Shown: one piece after another, positions 34,742 through 43,049 of the stretch
Layout: the number at the start of each line of letters is the position of its first letter
Position numbering within the stretch: the stretch's first letter is position 1
Source of the DNA: a virus
Taxonomy: Duplodnaviria > Caudoviricetes
Length of the DNA: 61,203 nt
Virus record (IMG/VR): IMGVR_UViG_3300042517_000342
Span: 1 to 61,203 of that record
Strand: one strand, 5' to 3'
Program-made: the position numbers and the translations under genes
The notes under the pieces: generated by a model
Seen by the model: the letters and a program-made list of their open reading frames with translations, nothing else
What the model was told of the DNA's origin: nothing
The model's database searches: none

Positions 34742-35487
34742 ACCACACCGGCTACGATTTCTTTGTCCGAAGTAGTCTCCGAAGACCAGCTACCACAATC
34801 TTGGCACTGGTAACGCTTGTACCGACGAGTCTTAGTCGTCCGATAGCCGCGATGCTGGAGGTGGTTGCCTCCGCAGGAGGGGCAGCTAGGAACGTCTGTA
34901 CGGCCTTCTAAGAGGGGGACGGTAGGGTGGTTAGGAATCCAGCTACGAATGTGGTAGTACAGCCTCTCAAGAAGAACGACATCTTGCTTGTTGTAAACCA
35001 TCATCTCCTTCTGGGACTTAGGGCAACCTCGATCCACCCCAGACCACAGCTCCATCCCACGGTGAGACACCTTCGCCCCTAGCCCCAACTGCTGACTTAC
35101 AAAGTCTAGCTTCGCCGAGTCAAACCGGAACTTACGCTTGACGACTTTGAGAAGGTCGATGTGATGCATCGGTCGAGGAGGCGGCAGGCCGTGAAGAACA
35201 AACTCTCGATTAAGAACCGGGAGGTCGAAGCGGATACCGTTGTAGGTTACGAGAATGTCGCACTCGTCTAGGACAGAGTGAATCTTTTGAAGGAACTCCT
35301 TGTACGTCTCACACCCCCACTCGGATACGAACTCGACCTTCTTTGAGTCGCTCCATTTCCAAGCTACGCAGGCGGTGCGTCCCGGCTTAATGATCTGGTT
35401 GATGCTGACGTTCACTTTCCAGAGCGACCACACAGCAGCGTGGATCGGCAAAGTTTCGCAGTCCAAGAACAAAATCTTAGCTGTCAC
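34732..35487 (-). CDS. RNase H-like (DEDD) exonuclease with a C-terminal zinc ribbon
   Basis: LFLDCET, TYNGIRFDLP, YNKQDV; CPSCG...CQDCG. Confidence 0.85.
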   Translation of the reverse strand: MTAKILFLDCETLPIHAAVWSLWKVNVSINQIIKPGRTACVAWKWSDSKKVEFVSEWGCETYKEFLQKIHSVLDECDILVTYNGIRFDLPVLNREFVLHGLPPPRPMHHIDLLKVVKRKFRFDSAKLDFVSQQLGLGAKVSHRGMELWSGVDRGCPKSQKEMMVYNKQDVVLLERLYYHIRSWIPNHPTVPLLEGRTDVPSCPSCGGNHLQHRGYRTTKTRRYKRYQCQDCGSWSSETTSDKEIVAGVVCT

Positions 35488-36136
35488 TATAATCACTCCT
35501 AGTCGCCTTACCCAAAGGCCAACACACCCCTTCCGAATAGAACCCCTCGTGAGGACAAGCCTTCAACTTGATAGGCTCGGGTTCTTTCCAGTAGAGCGAG
35601 GACACCTTGAACGTCACGAGGTTGTTGGGGAGGAGGGCGAATTGACCCGTCTCTAGTTCGATCACGTTGAAGCTCTTGTGCTCGGGAAGGATGTGAGAAA
35701 ACGAAAGGTCCGGGTTGCCGATGTTGTAGTTGTCGATGGTGAAGAGGTAAGTACCTCGTCGTACTTCTATGGTACGCTCAATCTCCAAGTCGTCATCTAG
35801 ATCAAGACAAGGGATACGAGCCTCAACCTCACAACCCCCAAGGAGATTCTTCTCAAGGATCGAAACACCCATACCGAAGCAATCCCAAGGTTGGAGGATG
35901 AGATTGTCTGGCTCCTCCGTATCAAGCACCTTATCTGCTGTGAACGCCTTGATAGGAAGCTTGTCGTACAAGGCCCCCATCTGAGGGATGTACGTCTCGA
36001 ACAAGAACGAGGAACCGGGGACGGACTTGACCGATACCCAGTAGCCCTCCACCCATCCGTCTTCGTCCTCGGCTGTGAGATACGACTTGTTTACCCACAC
36101 CCTTTTGGGTGGGAGGTTAGCGATCATGGTGCTCAT
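35477..36136 (-). CDS. Conserved-looking phage hypothetical protein
   Basis: IANLPP, GALYDKLPI, PWDCF, YLFTID, EHKSFN, GQFALLPNN. Confidence 0.7.
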   Translation of the reverse strand: MSTMIANLPPKRVWVNKSYLTAEDEDGWVEGYWVSVKSVPGSSFLFETYIPQMGALYDKLPIKAFTADKVLDTEEPDNLILQPWDCFGMGVSILEKNLLGGCEVEARIPCLDLDDDLEIERTIEVRRGTYLFTIDNYNIGNPDLSFSHILPEHKSFNVIELETGQFALLPNNLVTFKVSSLYWKEPEPIKLKACPHEGFYSEGVCWPLGKATRSDYSDS

Positions 36137-36324
36137 TTTTTAATGACCTTTTCATAAAGACCACGGATCAGGCCGACAAGGCTAATCAGGGGCCAAAAAG
36201 CCGACACAATGATTAGATCAACCTTTGCTGCTTTAGGGTTGCCTTCCACCAGCATGGCAAACACAGGAGCTGCCCCAAGCACATACAACACCAAAGCTAG
36301 AATACCCATCGCTTTACTTCCCAA
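36133..36324 (-). CDS. Small membrane protein
   Basis: Two hydrophobic helices, FWP motif. Confidence 0.6.
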   Translation of the reverse strand: MGSKAMGILALVLYVLGAAPVFAMLVEGNPKAAKVDLIIVSAFWPLISLVGLIRGLYEKVIKK

Positions 36325-36508
36325 ACCGATTGTAGAGAAGACCCTTCAAGCTGGACACCACGACGGCTACCCAGAACACAGGCCAAAGAAGGGAGAGGGC
36401 AAGTGCCCACCCCCCGTTCGAGTTCGTCTTGTCCCCATCTGAAAGCACCAGCATGGTGAGAAGGAACCCCGTGAAGTACACGATTGAAAGAGTGATTAGG
36501 ATGTCCAT
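36314..36508 (-). CDS. Small membrane protein
   Basis: Two hydrophobic helices, LWP motif. Confidence 0.6.
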   Translation of the reverse strand: MDILITLSIVYFTGFLLTMLVLSDGDKTNSNGGWALALSLLWPVFWVAVVVSSLKGLLYNRFGK

Positions 36509-36511
36509 AGA

Positions 36512-37204
36512 CTAGACTTCTCCGATAAGGAACTTGTACGAGGATGGGAACAGCCTAGGGATGTGAGGGAGCATCTCCTCCACAATAAGCCGGTGTTCCT
36601 TTTGAGTTGACTCGTGACCCCGGGTTTTGATGTAGTGAGTCAAAGTGCGGAGAGGAATCTTTGCGTACATGCGAGACATCGTGAGGCCCTCGGGGAACAT
36701 GACACGTACACACTCCTTCGCCACACCCCTAGCTCGCCACTTCTTCTGGAAGTTCTGGACAAGACGGATAAGACTCCGTTGGTCATCTGCCCACTCTTGC
36801 TTCAACTGCCAGTCATCGGACTCCAGCGAGTTCTGCCGGTTCTTCGAGTCTTGCATCCGCAGTTCCCGGAGGACGAACATCTCCTCTGTGACATCTGCGT
36901 AACGCTGGGAGAACTCCTGAAACCGCATACTGTAGTGGCGAAGCACCTGTCGAGAGATGTCTCGGGGAGCCTCAATCTCAAAGATCACATCGACCATATC
37001 GAACACAGACCAGTGGCCCTCTTCTGCACAGTGCTTCAAGAGCTTGTCTGCTGTCTTGAAGTTCAACTGGTTAGAGGGGTTGGACACTCGGGCCATGTAC
37101 GAGGTGAGGTCGTCCGCTCCACCGATCCAATCAACAAGTGGCTGGGTCATGCCGATTGGCGTTACGGTGATCGCATCCTCAGCGCTCTTAAACTTACCCA
37201 TCAT
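36512..37204 (-). CDS. thyX: Flavin-dependent thymidylate synthase
   Basis: ARVSNP, GHWSVF, RQVLRHYSMRFQEFSQRY, KECVR, TQKEHR. Confidence 0.95.
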   Translation of the reverse strand: MMGKFKSAEDAITVTPIGMTQPLVDWIGGADDLTSYMARVSNPSNQLNFKTADKLLKHCAEEGHWSVFDMVDVIFEIEAPRDISRQVLRHYSMRFQEFSQRYADVTEEMFVLRELRMQDSKNRQNSLESDDWQLKQEWADDQRSLIRLVQNFQKKWRARGVAKECVRVMFPEGLTMSRMYAKIPLRTLTHYIKTRGHESTQKEHRLIVEEMLPHIPRLFPSSYKFLIGEV

Positions 37205-37623
37205 TAAGCAACCTCTCGGTGGTGGTAAACTTCTACGCCAGTGATGATGTATGGGTCAAGCATCTCCACTAGCTTGCTCACGTTATCTTCCCGCATCCAC
37301 AGCAACTCCGCTCTTCCAAGGAACTCTTGCTCATTGAACTCAAGATCGTTATCTCGACAAGCCTCTCGTATCACAGACATCGCCGTCTTCTCTGACCAGC
37401 CCTCTAGGACACTCTCAAAGTAGAATCGGGCAAGGTTGGGCTTGAATCCACGGGGGGTGAGGATCATGCAAGAGATACTGAGAGGAACCCCGTGCGTGGT
37501 GTGAAGGACGAATGGGGACGGGCAGCCGTCTAGATTGTCTCCAAAGTAGAACGGACCTCTCGTATTAAACCCCTCCACGATACGGCCACCCTCGTTCAAG
37601 TGCATACAAAGTCTCAGCAACAT
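37204..37623 (-). CDS. Hypothetical protein (true start may be the GTG at about 37578)
   Basis: ORF abutting thyX. Confidence 0.55.
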   Translation of the reverse strand: MLLRLCMHLNEGGRIVEGFNTRGPFYFGDNLDGCPSPFVLHTTHGVPLSISCMILTPRGFKPNLARFYFESVLEGWSEKTAMSVIREACRDNDLEFNEQEFLGRAELLWMREDNVSKLVEMLDPYIITGVEVYHHREVA

Positions 37624-37819
37624 CCGTCAGATAGTACCCCGTACCATCCCAAGTGACCGACCCCATCACAGACGAGAACGTCTCGGGCCAATCCTTCGGG
37701 AGAGTCTTGACCCATTCATCTAGGTCTTCGGGGAGGACTCGGAACTCTCCGTCCTCTACCTCCTTTACCGGGGCGTTGTACTTCGCAAGGATCGGATACC
37801 ACTTTTTCCAGTTGGTCAT
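37565..37819 (-). CDS. Hypothetical protein
   Basis: 84 aa. Confidence 0.6.
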   Translation of the reverse strand: MTNWKKWYPILAKYNAPVKEVEDGEFRVLPEDLDEWVKTLPKDWPETFSSVMGSVTWDGTGYYLTDVAETLYALERGWPYRGGV

Positions 37820-37820
37820 C

Positions 37821-38270
37821 TCACTCTTCTCCAGTCAACCAACTCTCGGGGATATTTCCGAGGCTGGACACAGCCCACTTGATACCGTGCTTACCACACC
37901 AAGACCCGTAGGTCGTCTTCGAGTTCCGCTGAATCTTGTTGTTACGCATGAAGAGCATGCGAATCTCCTTGTCCGGGTTTTGCTCAATCACGAGTTTCAT
38001 CTTCTTTCGATCCGCAGCAGTGAAGTTGCCCTTCGCTTCTACATAGATCGTAGTACCGACTTCCGTCTGGACAATGAAGTCCGGGGTATAGAGATGCTTA
38101 GACTCAGGCACAATGTACGGCAGCTTCTCTGACTCGTACTTGAACTCGATGCCTCGACTCTCAAGAGACTTCTTGACCTTAACCTCGAAGCCACTCCGGT
38201 ATCGCTCTCGCTTAGGGACGGCTCCCTTGGTGACTCGCTTGAGCTTAAGCATCTGGGTGTACGTCCTCAA
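37821..38270 (-). CDS. Endonuclease I / Holliday junction resolvase (T7 gp3-like)
   Basis: YRSGFE, YTPDF, VEAKG, DRKK, TTYGSWC.KHG. Confidence 0.92.
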   Translation of the reverse strand: MRTYTQMLKLKRVTKGAVPKRERYRSGFEVKVKKSLESRGIEFKYESEKLPYIVPESKHLYTPDFIVQTEVGTTIYVEAKGNFTAADRKKMKLVIEQNPDKEIRMLFMRNNKIQRNSKTTYGSWCGKHGIKWAVSSLGNIPESWLTGEE

Positions 38271-38577
38271 AATCCCCTTGGTTGACAGCCAGCCGGAGCT
38301 TCTCGTACTCGACCTTCAAGTCTGGGGGAAGCATCTTGACCAAGGCTCGGATCAGCTTGGACACATCTTCGATACGACGACGGAGGACAGTGTTCTCGTT
38401 GGAGAGGGCGCTGATCTTTTCCTCGGCATGGCGAGAACCCTTCTTCTTGTCTTGGGTTCGTCGTCGGAGGTTACGCTCGGCCTTCTGCTGGGCTCGTTCG
38501 AGACGGAGTTCTTCTTCGGGGGTGTGGGGAATCTTGTCGCGCTTGGTCACTTGTTGATTTCCTTGAACTCTTGCCAT
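38245..38577 (-). CDS. Hypothetical coiled-coil protein
   Basis: 110 aa, basic. Confidence 0.55.
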   Translation of the reverse strand: MARVQGNQQVTKRDKIPHTPEEELRLERAQQKAERNLRRRTQDKKKGSRHAEEKISALSNENTVLRRRIEDVSKLIRALVKMLPPDLKVEYEKLRLAVNQGDFEDVHPDA

Positions 38578-38771
38578 TTAGAAGCAATCAAATCAAAACT
38601 ACCAGACACCCAGTAGCCTGTTCCGACGTTGTTGTGCAGCTTGATTTCCCTACGACTTGTCTTGGGGTCATAAAGGAAAGTCGCGTCAACCCTCCCATCA
38701 TCTGCTTTCACAACAAACCATACTGTGTTAGAGCCGTCATCGGGTCTAAGGCATAGATACCTACTCACCAC
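38547..38771 (-). CDS. Hypothetical protein
   Basis: 74 aa, GAGGAG SD. Confidence 0.55.
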   Translation of the reverse strand: MVSRYLCLRPDDGSNTVWFVVKADDGRVDATFLYDPKTSRREIKLHNNVGTGYWVSGSFDLIASKWQEFKEINK

Positions 38772-39550
38772 GGATACTCCTCGTCTTCTTCAAAGTAACG
38801 AACCAGCTCTTCGAGGTGGTGCTTGGCTTTCAGGATGTCTTGAAGGGCACCCTTCTTCTTATGGCGAGAGAGGTAGCCTATCACCGTGCCAACATGATAG
38901 CCCGCGTATTCCGCAGGAGACATCCACGCACGCATAGCATCCCAAGGCTGCACCGACATCTCGGCGTAGTGAGTTCCACCGACTTGAGTGGGGGCTTCCT
39001 TAGCTCCGTGATAGGTCACGGGTTCTGTGTTCTCCCACTTAATGCTGCCCGGCGGTCCGTTCTTAATCCAATCCCGTACACCATCCAGAGTGATCGGCTC
39101 TCCGTCGTCCTTGTTGACGCCATCGCCGGGGCAGTACCAATCGACACGAGGATAGCGGCGACGGACCTCTTCGTGGAACCCTTCGAGCGCACTCTTCTCC
39201 TTCACCAAATCCTCCACTACTTCTCGACAGACTTTGTTGAGATTGACATTATCCACGGGCTGAAAGTCCTTCCACCTCTCGTTAGGAAGGAACTCGTAGG
39301 GAGTGCGGAACCCTGTGTCCCCGAGCACAGCTTCCCAATCGACAGCGCTGGGGTTGAACTGATACCACTTTGGAGAGGTGTCGTCCACCCCACAGTTTCC
39401 ACTTGACTCCTTCGGAGATGGGATGTCTTTGTACTCCGGCATCCCTTGGTTGAGGCCACACTCTCCGGCTTTCTTACACTCGTGTTCCCACATCCAGCCA
39501 CACTTACACAGAGGGCGATCAAACGGAGGACCACTAGCAGTTACACCCAT
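38765..39550 (-). CDS. DUF3310 (T7 gp1.7/SaV-like) domain protein
   Basis: QVGGTHY...QPWD...GYHVGTVIGYLSR...K.A.QDILKAKHHL. Confidence 0.8.
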   Translation of the reverse strand: MGVTASGPPFDRPLCKCGWMWEHECKKAGECGLNQGMPEYKDIPSPKESSGNCGVDDTSPKWYQFNPSAVDWEAVLGDTGFRTPYEFLPNERWKDFQPVDNVNLNKVCREVVEDLVKEKSALEGFHEEVRRRYPRVDWYCPGDGVNKDDGEPITLDGVRDWIKNGPPGSIKWENTEPVTYHGAKEAPTQVGGTHYAEMSVQPWDAMRAWMSPAEYAGYHVGTVIGYLSRHKKKGALQDILKAKHHLEELVRYFEEDEEYPW

Positions 39551-39551
39551 C

Positions 39552-39890
39552 TCACTTCACCCCGCTCTCAAGTTTCATCAGGTCATCGAAGAACGTATCC
39601 ACATGGGATACCGAGGAAGCATCCGCCAACCCAACCGACGCTGCCTCCATAAGGGCGTACTTGGTAGAAGCACGCATCATGTTGTTATCGAAGGCATACA
39701 TGTTGGCCACGTACTCTGCGTTGGTTTCTTCGTGAGGCTCAAGGATGTCCTTCTTGAGAAGGCCCTTGGGTTTGAGGATACGCTGGAGAAAGAGCCACCC
39801 GTTCCATCGAAGGACGGCGTGTTGCTCCGGGGACATCTTGGCGTAGTCGTCGAGGATTTGCTGGGGTAGAACAATCTGGTTATCGTTCAT
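39552..39890 (-). CDS. Hypothetical protein
   Basis: 112 aa. Confidence 0.6.
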   Translation of the reverse strand: MNDNQIVLPQQILDDYAKMSPEQHAVLRWNGWLFLQRILKPKGLLKKDILEPHEETNAEYVANMYAFDNNMMRASTKYALMEAASVGLADASSVSHVDTFFDDLMKLESGVK

Positions 39891-39984
39891 CTTTCATTGC
39901 CATGTACGTGATAAAGGAGCCGACTAGAGCGCCGACTGACATTGCGAAGGCAACCCAAAACATTGCCCAAATAAACTCAATCAT
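39880..39984 (-). CDS. Small membrane peptide (34 aa), not in the ORF track
   Basis: MIEFIWAMFWVAFAMSVGALVGSFITYMAMKDER; ATGA-coupled to the dUTPase stop. Confidence 0.5.
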   Translation of the reverse strand: MIEFIWAMFWVAFAMSVGALVGSFITYMAMKDER

Positions 39985-40409
39985 CGGCCCGAGCTTCCGA
40001 ATCCGCCATCACCACGATCCGTCTCCTCAAAAGAATCCACCTCAACGAGCTTTACCTCGGGAACGGGAAGAATAAGAAGCTGGGCAATACGATCTCCCTT
40101 GTTAAACCACTGAGGTCGGGGGCTCAGGTTGTGGAGAAGAACCTTTACCTCCCCGGTGTATCCATGATCGATCACACCAGCCTTCACGACACAGGACTGC
40201 TTCAGAGCTACGCTAGAGCGATCCCGTATCAACCCGCACCATCCGTATGGGATGGCTACTGCAACCCCAGTGGGGACAAGGAGAGCCCCCCATGCGTCGA
40301 TGCCCACCACATCATCGGCGTACAAGTCCCATCCGGCATCGCCGGGGTGGGCTTTCGTGGGGAGGGTGGCGTCTTTGTGGAGACGCTTGATCTTTAGTTC
40401 GAGGGTCAT
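39981..40409 (-). CDS. dut: Trimeric dUTPase
   Basis: All five motifs: AGWDL, RSS, GVIDHGYTGE, GDRIAQL, RGDGGFGSSG. Confidence 0.96.
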   Translation of the reverse strand: MTLELKIKRLHKDATLPTKAHPGDAGWDLYADDVVGIDAWGALLVPTGVAVAIPYGWCGLIRDRSSVALKQSCVVKAGVIDHGYTGEVKVLLHNLSPRPQWFNKGDRIAQLLILPVPEVKLVEVDSFEETDRGDGGFGSSGR

Positions 40410-41206
40410 TTCTGATTCCAATGGTAGTGTTGCCAAGTCTCCCCCGGCTCACGCTGCATAAACACAAGGGTAGCAATCTCATCTAGGGCCGAGAACCACC
40501 GACCACTAAATTCTTTCTTGTACAAATCCTCGGTGGCCTTGCGCACCCGATTCCTCTTTCGAGAGCACGACTCGATGATCTTCACGGCCGTCTTGTCTCC
40601 GACGCCACGAAGACCCGGAATCGCATCAACCGAATCGCCGGCTAACACCTGTCGCCAAAAGAACAAGTCCGCATCCAATAGGCTTCGACACTCGAAGGTG
40701 TCATCTTTCGGATTGTACAGCCAACCCGGAGTCTGCTTCAAATCTTTGTCTCCGCTTACGATGCACGTAGACTTCTCAGGATGTGCCCACTGGATAGAGG
40801 ACACAGCATCGTCAGCCTCTCGCCTCTCATCCTCGGGGAGGTCTTCATCCACAACCTCGGCACCGAAGTGCTTGATCAGGTACTCCCGCATCGCTGTGAA
40901 ATGCTCTGGCTTTTTAGCAGACCTTGTGCTCTTATACGGCTTGAGGGTAGCTACCTTGTACCGGAACCCACCTGAGGGGGTGAGGAACACCCGCTCATAT
41001 TCACGATGGGGAAAGCGGTCAAGGATGTTGACCATGATCGTCTTTAGATTTGATAGGCTGTGGGACAATGGAGACGGGGTTGGGCTTCCATCCTCAAGAC
41101 GCTCGACGCCTGTCCACCCTGCTCGGTAGATCAGACTATCCGCGTCAATCAGGGGATTCAGATGCCCCGTCTTAGACTCCACATATGCCGGTACGATTTC
41201 ACTCAT
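40406..41206 (-). CDS. 5'-3' exonuclease (T7 gp6/FEN-like)
   Basis: LIDADSLIY, YKSTR..KP, EADD, SGDKDL, GDSVDAIPGLRGVG.KTA. Confidence 0.92.
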   Translation of the reverse strand: MSEIVPAYVESKTGHLNPLIDADSLIYRAGWTGVERLEDGSPTPSPLSHSLSNLKTIMVNILDRFPHREYERVFLTPSGGFRYKVATLKPYKSTRSAKKPEHFTAMREYLIKHFGAEVVDEDLPEDERREADDAVSSIQWAHPEKSTCIVSGDKDLKQTPGWLYNPKDDTFECRSLLDADLFFWRQVLAGDSVDAIPGLRGVGDKTAVKIIESCSRKRNRVRKATEDLYKKEFSGRWFSALDEIATLVFMQREPGETWQHYHWNQK

Positions 41207-41411
41207 CCCTCTTCTCCGACCGCTTATACCGCCTTTGGATTCCGTGGGATTTCTTCCATTGTGAGAAGTACACCCGGAGAGTCCCATCTGTACACGACAT
41301 ATGCTCTGTAGTCAACGCCCTCTTCGCTTGTCGAAACGTCTGAGGCTTGACCAAATCCCACATGGCAAGAGCGTACTCTTTTTCGGAGATGTTCTCGTCA
41401 CTCGAACCCAT
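41199..41411 (-). CDS. Hypothetical protein
   Basis: 70 aa. Confidence 0.55.
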   Translation of the reverse strand: MGSSDENISEKEYALAMWDLVKPQTFRQAKRALTTEHMSCTDGTLRVYFSQWKKSHGIQRRYKRSEKRDE

Positions 41412-41613
41412 CTTTGAAAACTCCTACGTTGTCGAGAGTCACCTCTCGGAGATCAAGCCTCGTCTCGTGAGAGTTGACGAGAAAGGAGGAACCCTCGGGG
41501 ATGATGAGGACTTGACCCGAGAGAGTCTCTACTCGGAGAGGGCCTTTGTTCACTACGAGATAAGCAGGCAGCGAAGCTGACGCGAGGATGAGACTAAGGG
41601 TTGTTGATAACAT
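41398..41613 (-). CDS. Hypothetical protein
   Basis: ATG 41613 with a GAGG SD (track start 41694 less likely). Confidence 0.5.
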   Translation of the reverse strand: MLSTTLSLILASASLPAYLVVNKGPLRVETLSGQVLIIPEGSSFLVNSHETRLDLREVTLDNVGVFKDGFE

Positions 41614-41833
41614 GGAGCACCTCATCATAGGAGTCAAGCCGCCCTCCGTAATATTGACCAGTCTCTCCGGGTAAAGAGATGTAGTTCTCCTCAATGAACT
41701 TGTAATCAGACGAGATAGCTTTCTTCAACCTCTCTCGCTCCGCGAGGGTGGCGGCTTGCCAAGCAGCCTCTGCAACTTCCCACTGGTCTGGTTCAAAGTG
41801 AGCCTGCGCCCACCAACTATAAACATCCATCAT
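41594..41833 (-). CDS. Hypothetical protein
   Basis: 79 aa; AEAAWQAA motif common in small phage proteins. Confidence 0.6.
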   Translation of the reverse strand: MMDVYSWWAQAHFEPDQWEVAEAAWQAATLAERERLKKAISSDYKFIEENYISLPGETGQYYGGRLDSYDEVLHVINNP

Positions 41834-42111
41834 AGCACAGCCCCCTTGATCTCTTCAAGCGAGTCGAACACAGAGAACTTCTCGTGGTGAACCATAACGT
41901 AGTCAGTACCGGGGGGCACGTTGTTTGCGTCGGAGAGCTTTGTGAGAATGAGCTTTGAATAGCCCTTCAAGGACGCCGCATACTTCAACGCTTCTTCCTG
42001 AGTAGAGAACCGAGCAGACAAATCCCACTCGGGGTACCAACCGCCCTCCTCTGAATACAACTCGAAGTCAGCAGCCCAAGGCTCGACATACCAGCACTCA
42101 ATAGTCTTCAT
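41830..42111 (-). CDS. Hypothetical protein
   Basis: 93 aa, GAGGAGG SD. Confidence 0.6.
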   Translation of the reverse strand: MKTIECWYVEPWAADFELYSEEGGWYPEWDLSARFSTQEEALKYAASLKGYSKLILTKLSDANNVPPGTDYVMVHHEKFSVFDSLEEIKGAVL

Positions 42112-42209
42112 AAAACACCACCTCCTCTTCCGCCAAGTAATCCCACCCCGCTTGGAGGTACGCCTCGTGGGCTTGTTCCTCTGTGGGGTAGGTGGGTTCG
42201 TTGTCTAGC

Positions 42210-42719
42210 TCATACGACTGCACAAGGGCTGAGTTCATTTGACTTCATCTCGTAGCCAGAGGGATCGGGAGAGTTCTTCCACGTCTCAAACATAGGAGAG
42301 GCCAGCACCATCCGACGATACTCGCTGGCGATCTTGAGGGCGTGTTCTTTATTAAGAGCAAGACAGCCAACCTCAAGTCGGAACTCGGAAGGGCCACTCC
42401 AACGGTACTCAGGGTTGGTCTTGTAGAAGTAGGCGCGCATCTTGGCAGGGCCGACATGCTCCCCCTCCTCACCCCACTTCAAACAACCATCCTCCAATCG
42501 CATCTCGACTGTAAACCCAATAAGCTGGGACGGGTTGTAAGTGTCAAACTCCCACTCTTCAATTGCGTAGTCGCTCGGCGACCACCGCTTTGAAATCCAA
42601 CCCTCAGCTTCTTCCCTTGTACGGAATACACAGTCAATGTGGTAGTCGGAGTATTCGCCGGATGAGACCGCGTACACTCTGTCGCCAACTACACTCGGGT
42701 TTAGTTCTTCGTTAGACAT
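42210..42719 (-). CDS. Hypothetical protein (VYAVSSGEYSDY...F.TREEAE family)
   Basis: ATG 42719 with a GGAG SD; the upstream part of the track ORF runs through a structured leader. Confidence 0.7.
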   Translation of the reverse strand: MSNEELNPSVVGDRVYAVSSGEYSDYHIDCVFRTREEAEGWISKRWSPSDYAIEEWEFDTYNPSQLIGFTVEMRLEDGCLKWGEEGEHVGPAKMRAYFYKTNPEYRWSGPSEFRLEVGCLALNKEHALKIASEYRRMVLASPMFETWKNSPDPSGYEMKSNELSPCAVV

Positions 42720-42997
42720 AGCAATCTCCGATTGCGGATCACTCGTTTCCTTTGGAAACTGAGGTGGGTTTGAGAAAGTCCCGCTTACCGTGTACGGGGA
42801 GGTTGCTCGTGGCCCGTGCTTCGTCCGAGAGGGGAACGGGAGCCACCCGAAACGAAACCCTCGGCTCAACTCGCACAAGTCGCTCGCTTGTTTACACAAG
42901 CCTGTCGGCTAACAGGCTTTCCTCGGTTAGTCAATCAAAGGCTAAGCGGGCAAGGCCCGTGTCCTCGCTGGTTGCGCATCACTCTGACGACGATCCC
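42720..42997 (-). ncRNA. Candidate structured ncRNA or long 5' leader
   Basis: Own sigma70 promoter, dense hairpins, 5'/3' complementary ends; no convincing protein. Confidence 0.45.
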
Positions 42998-43026
42998 AAT
43001 TTAACTCCTCAACCTTCGGTTGTCAA
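42998..43026 (-). promoter_or_regulatory. sigma70-type promoter
   Basis: TTGACA-17 bp-TAAATT on the minus strand. Confidence 0.75.
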
Positions 43027-43049
43027 GCGAAGTTTGGTGAAGGATTGTG

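Noticed and set aside
42098-42238. Possible 46-aa acidic ORF (MNSALVQSYELDNEP...) on the minus strand
   Set aside because: It fills the gap plausibly but has a weak SD and no motif, so it is not listed as a feature
42730-42997. Hammerhead (CUGACGA/GAAAC on plus), RNase P (GAGGAAAG), group I intron or cobalamin riboswitch identity for the structured RNA
   Set aside because: Only isolated short words match; the required flanking stems and other conserved elements could not be built
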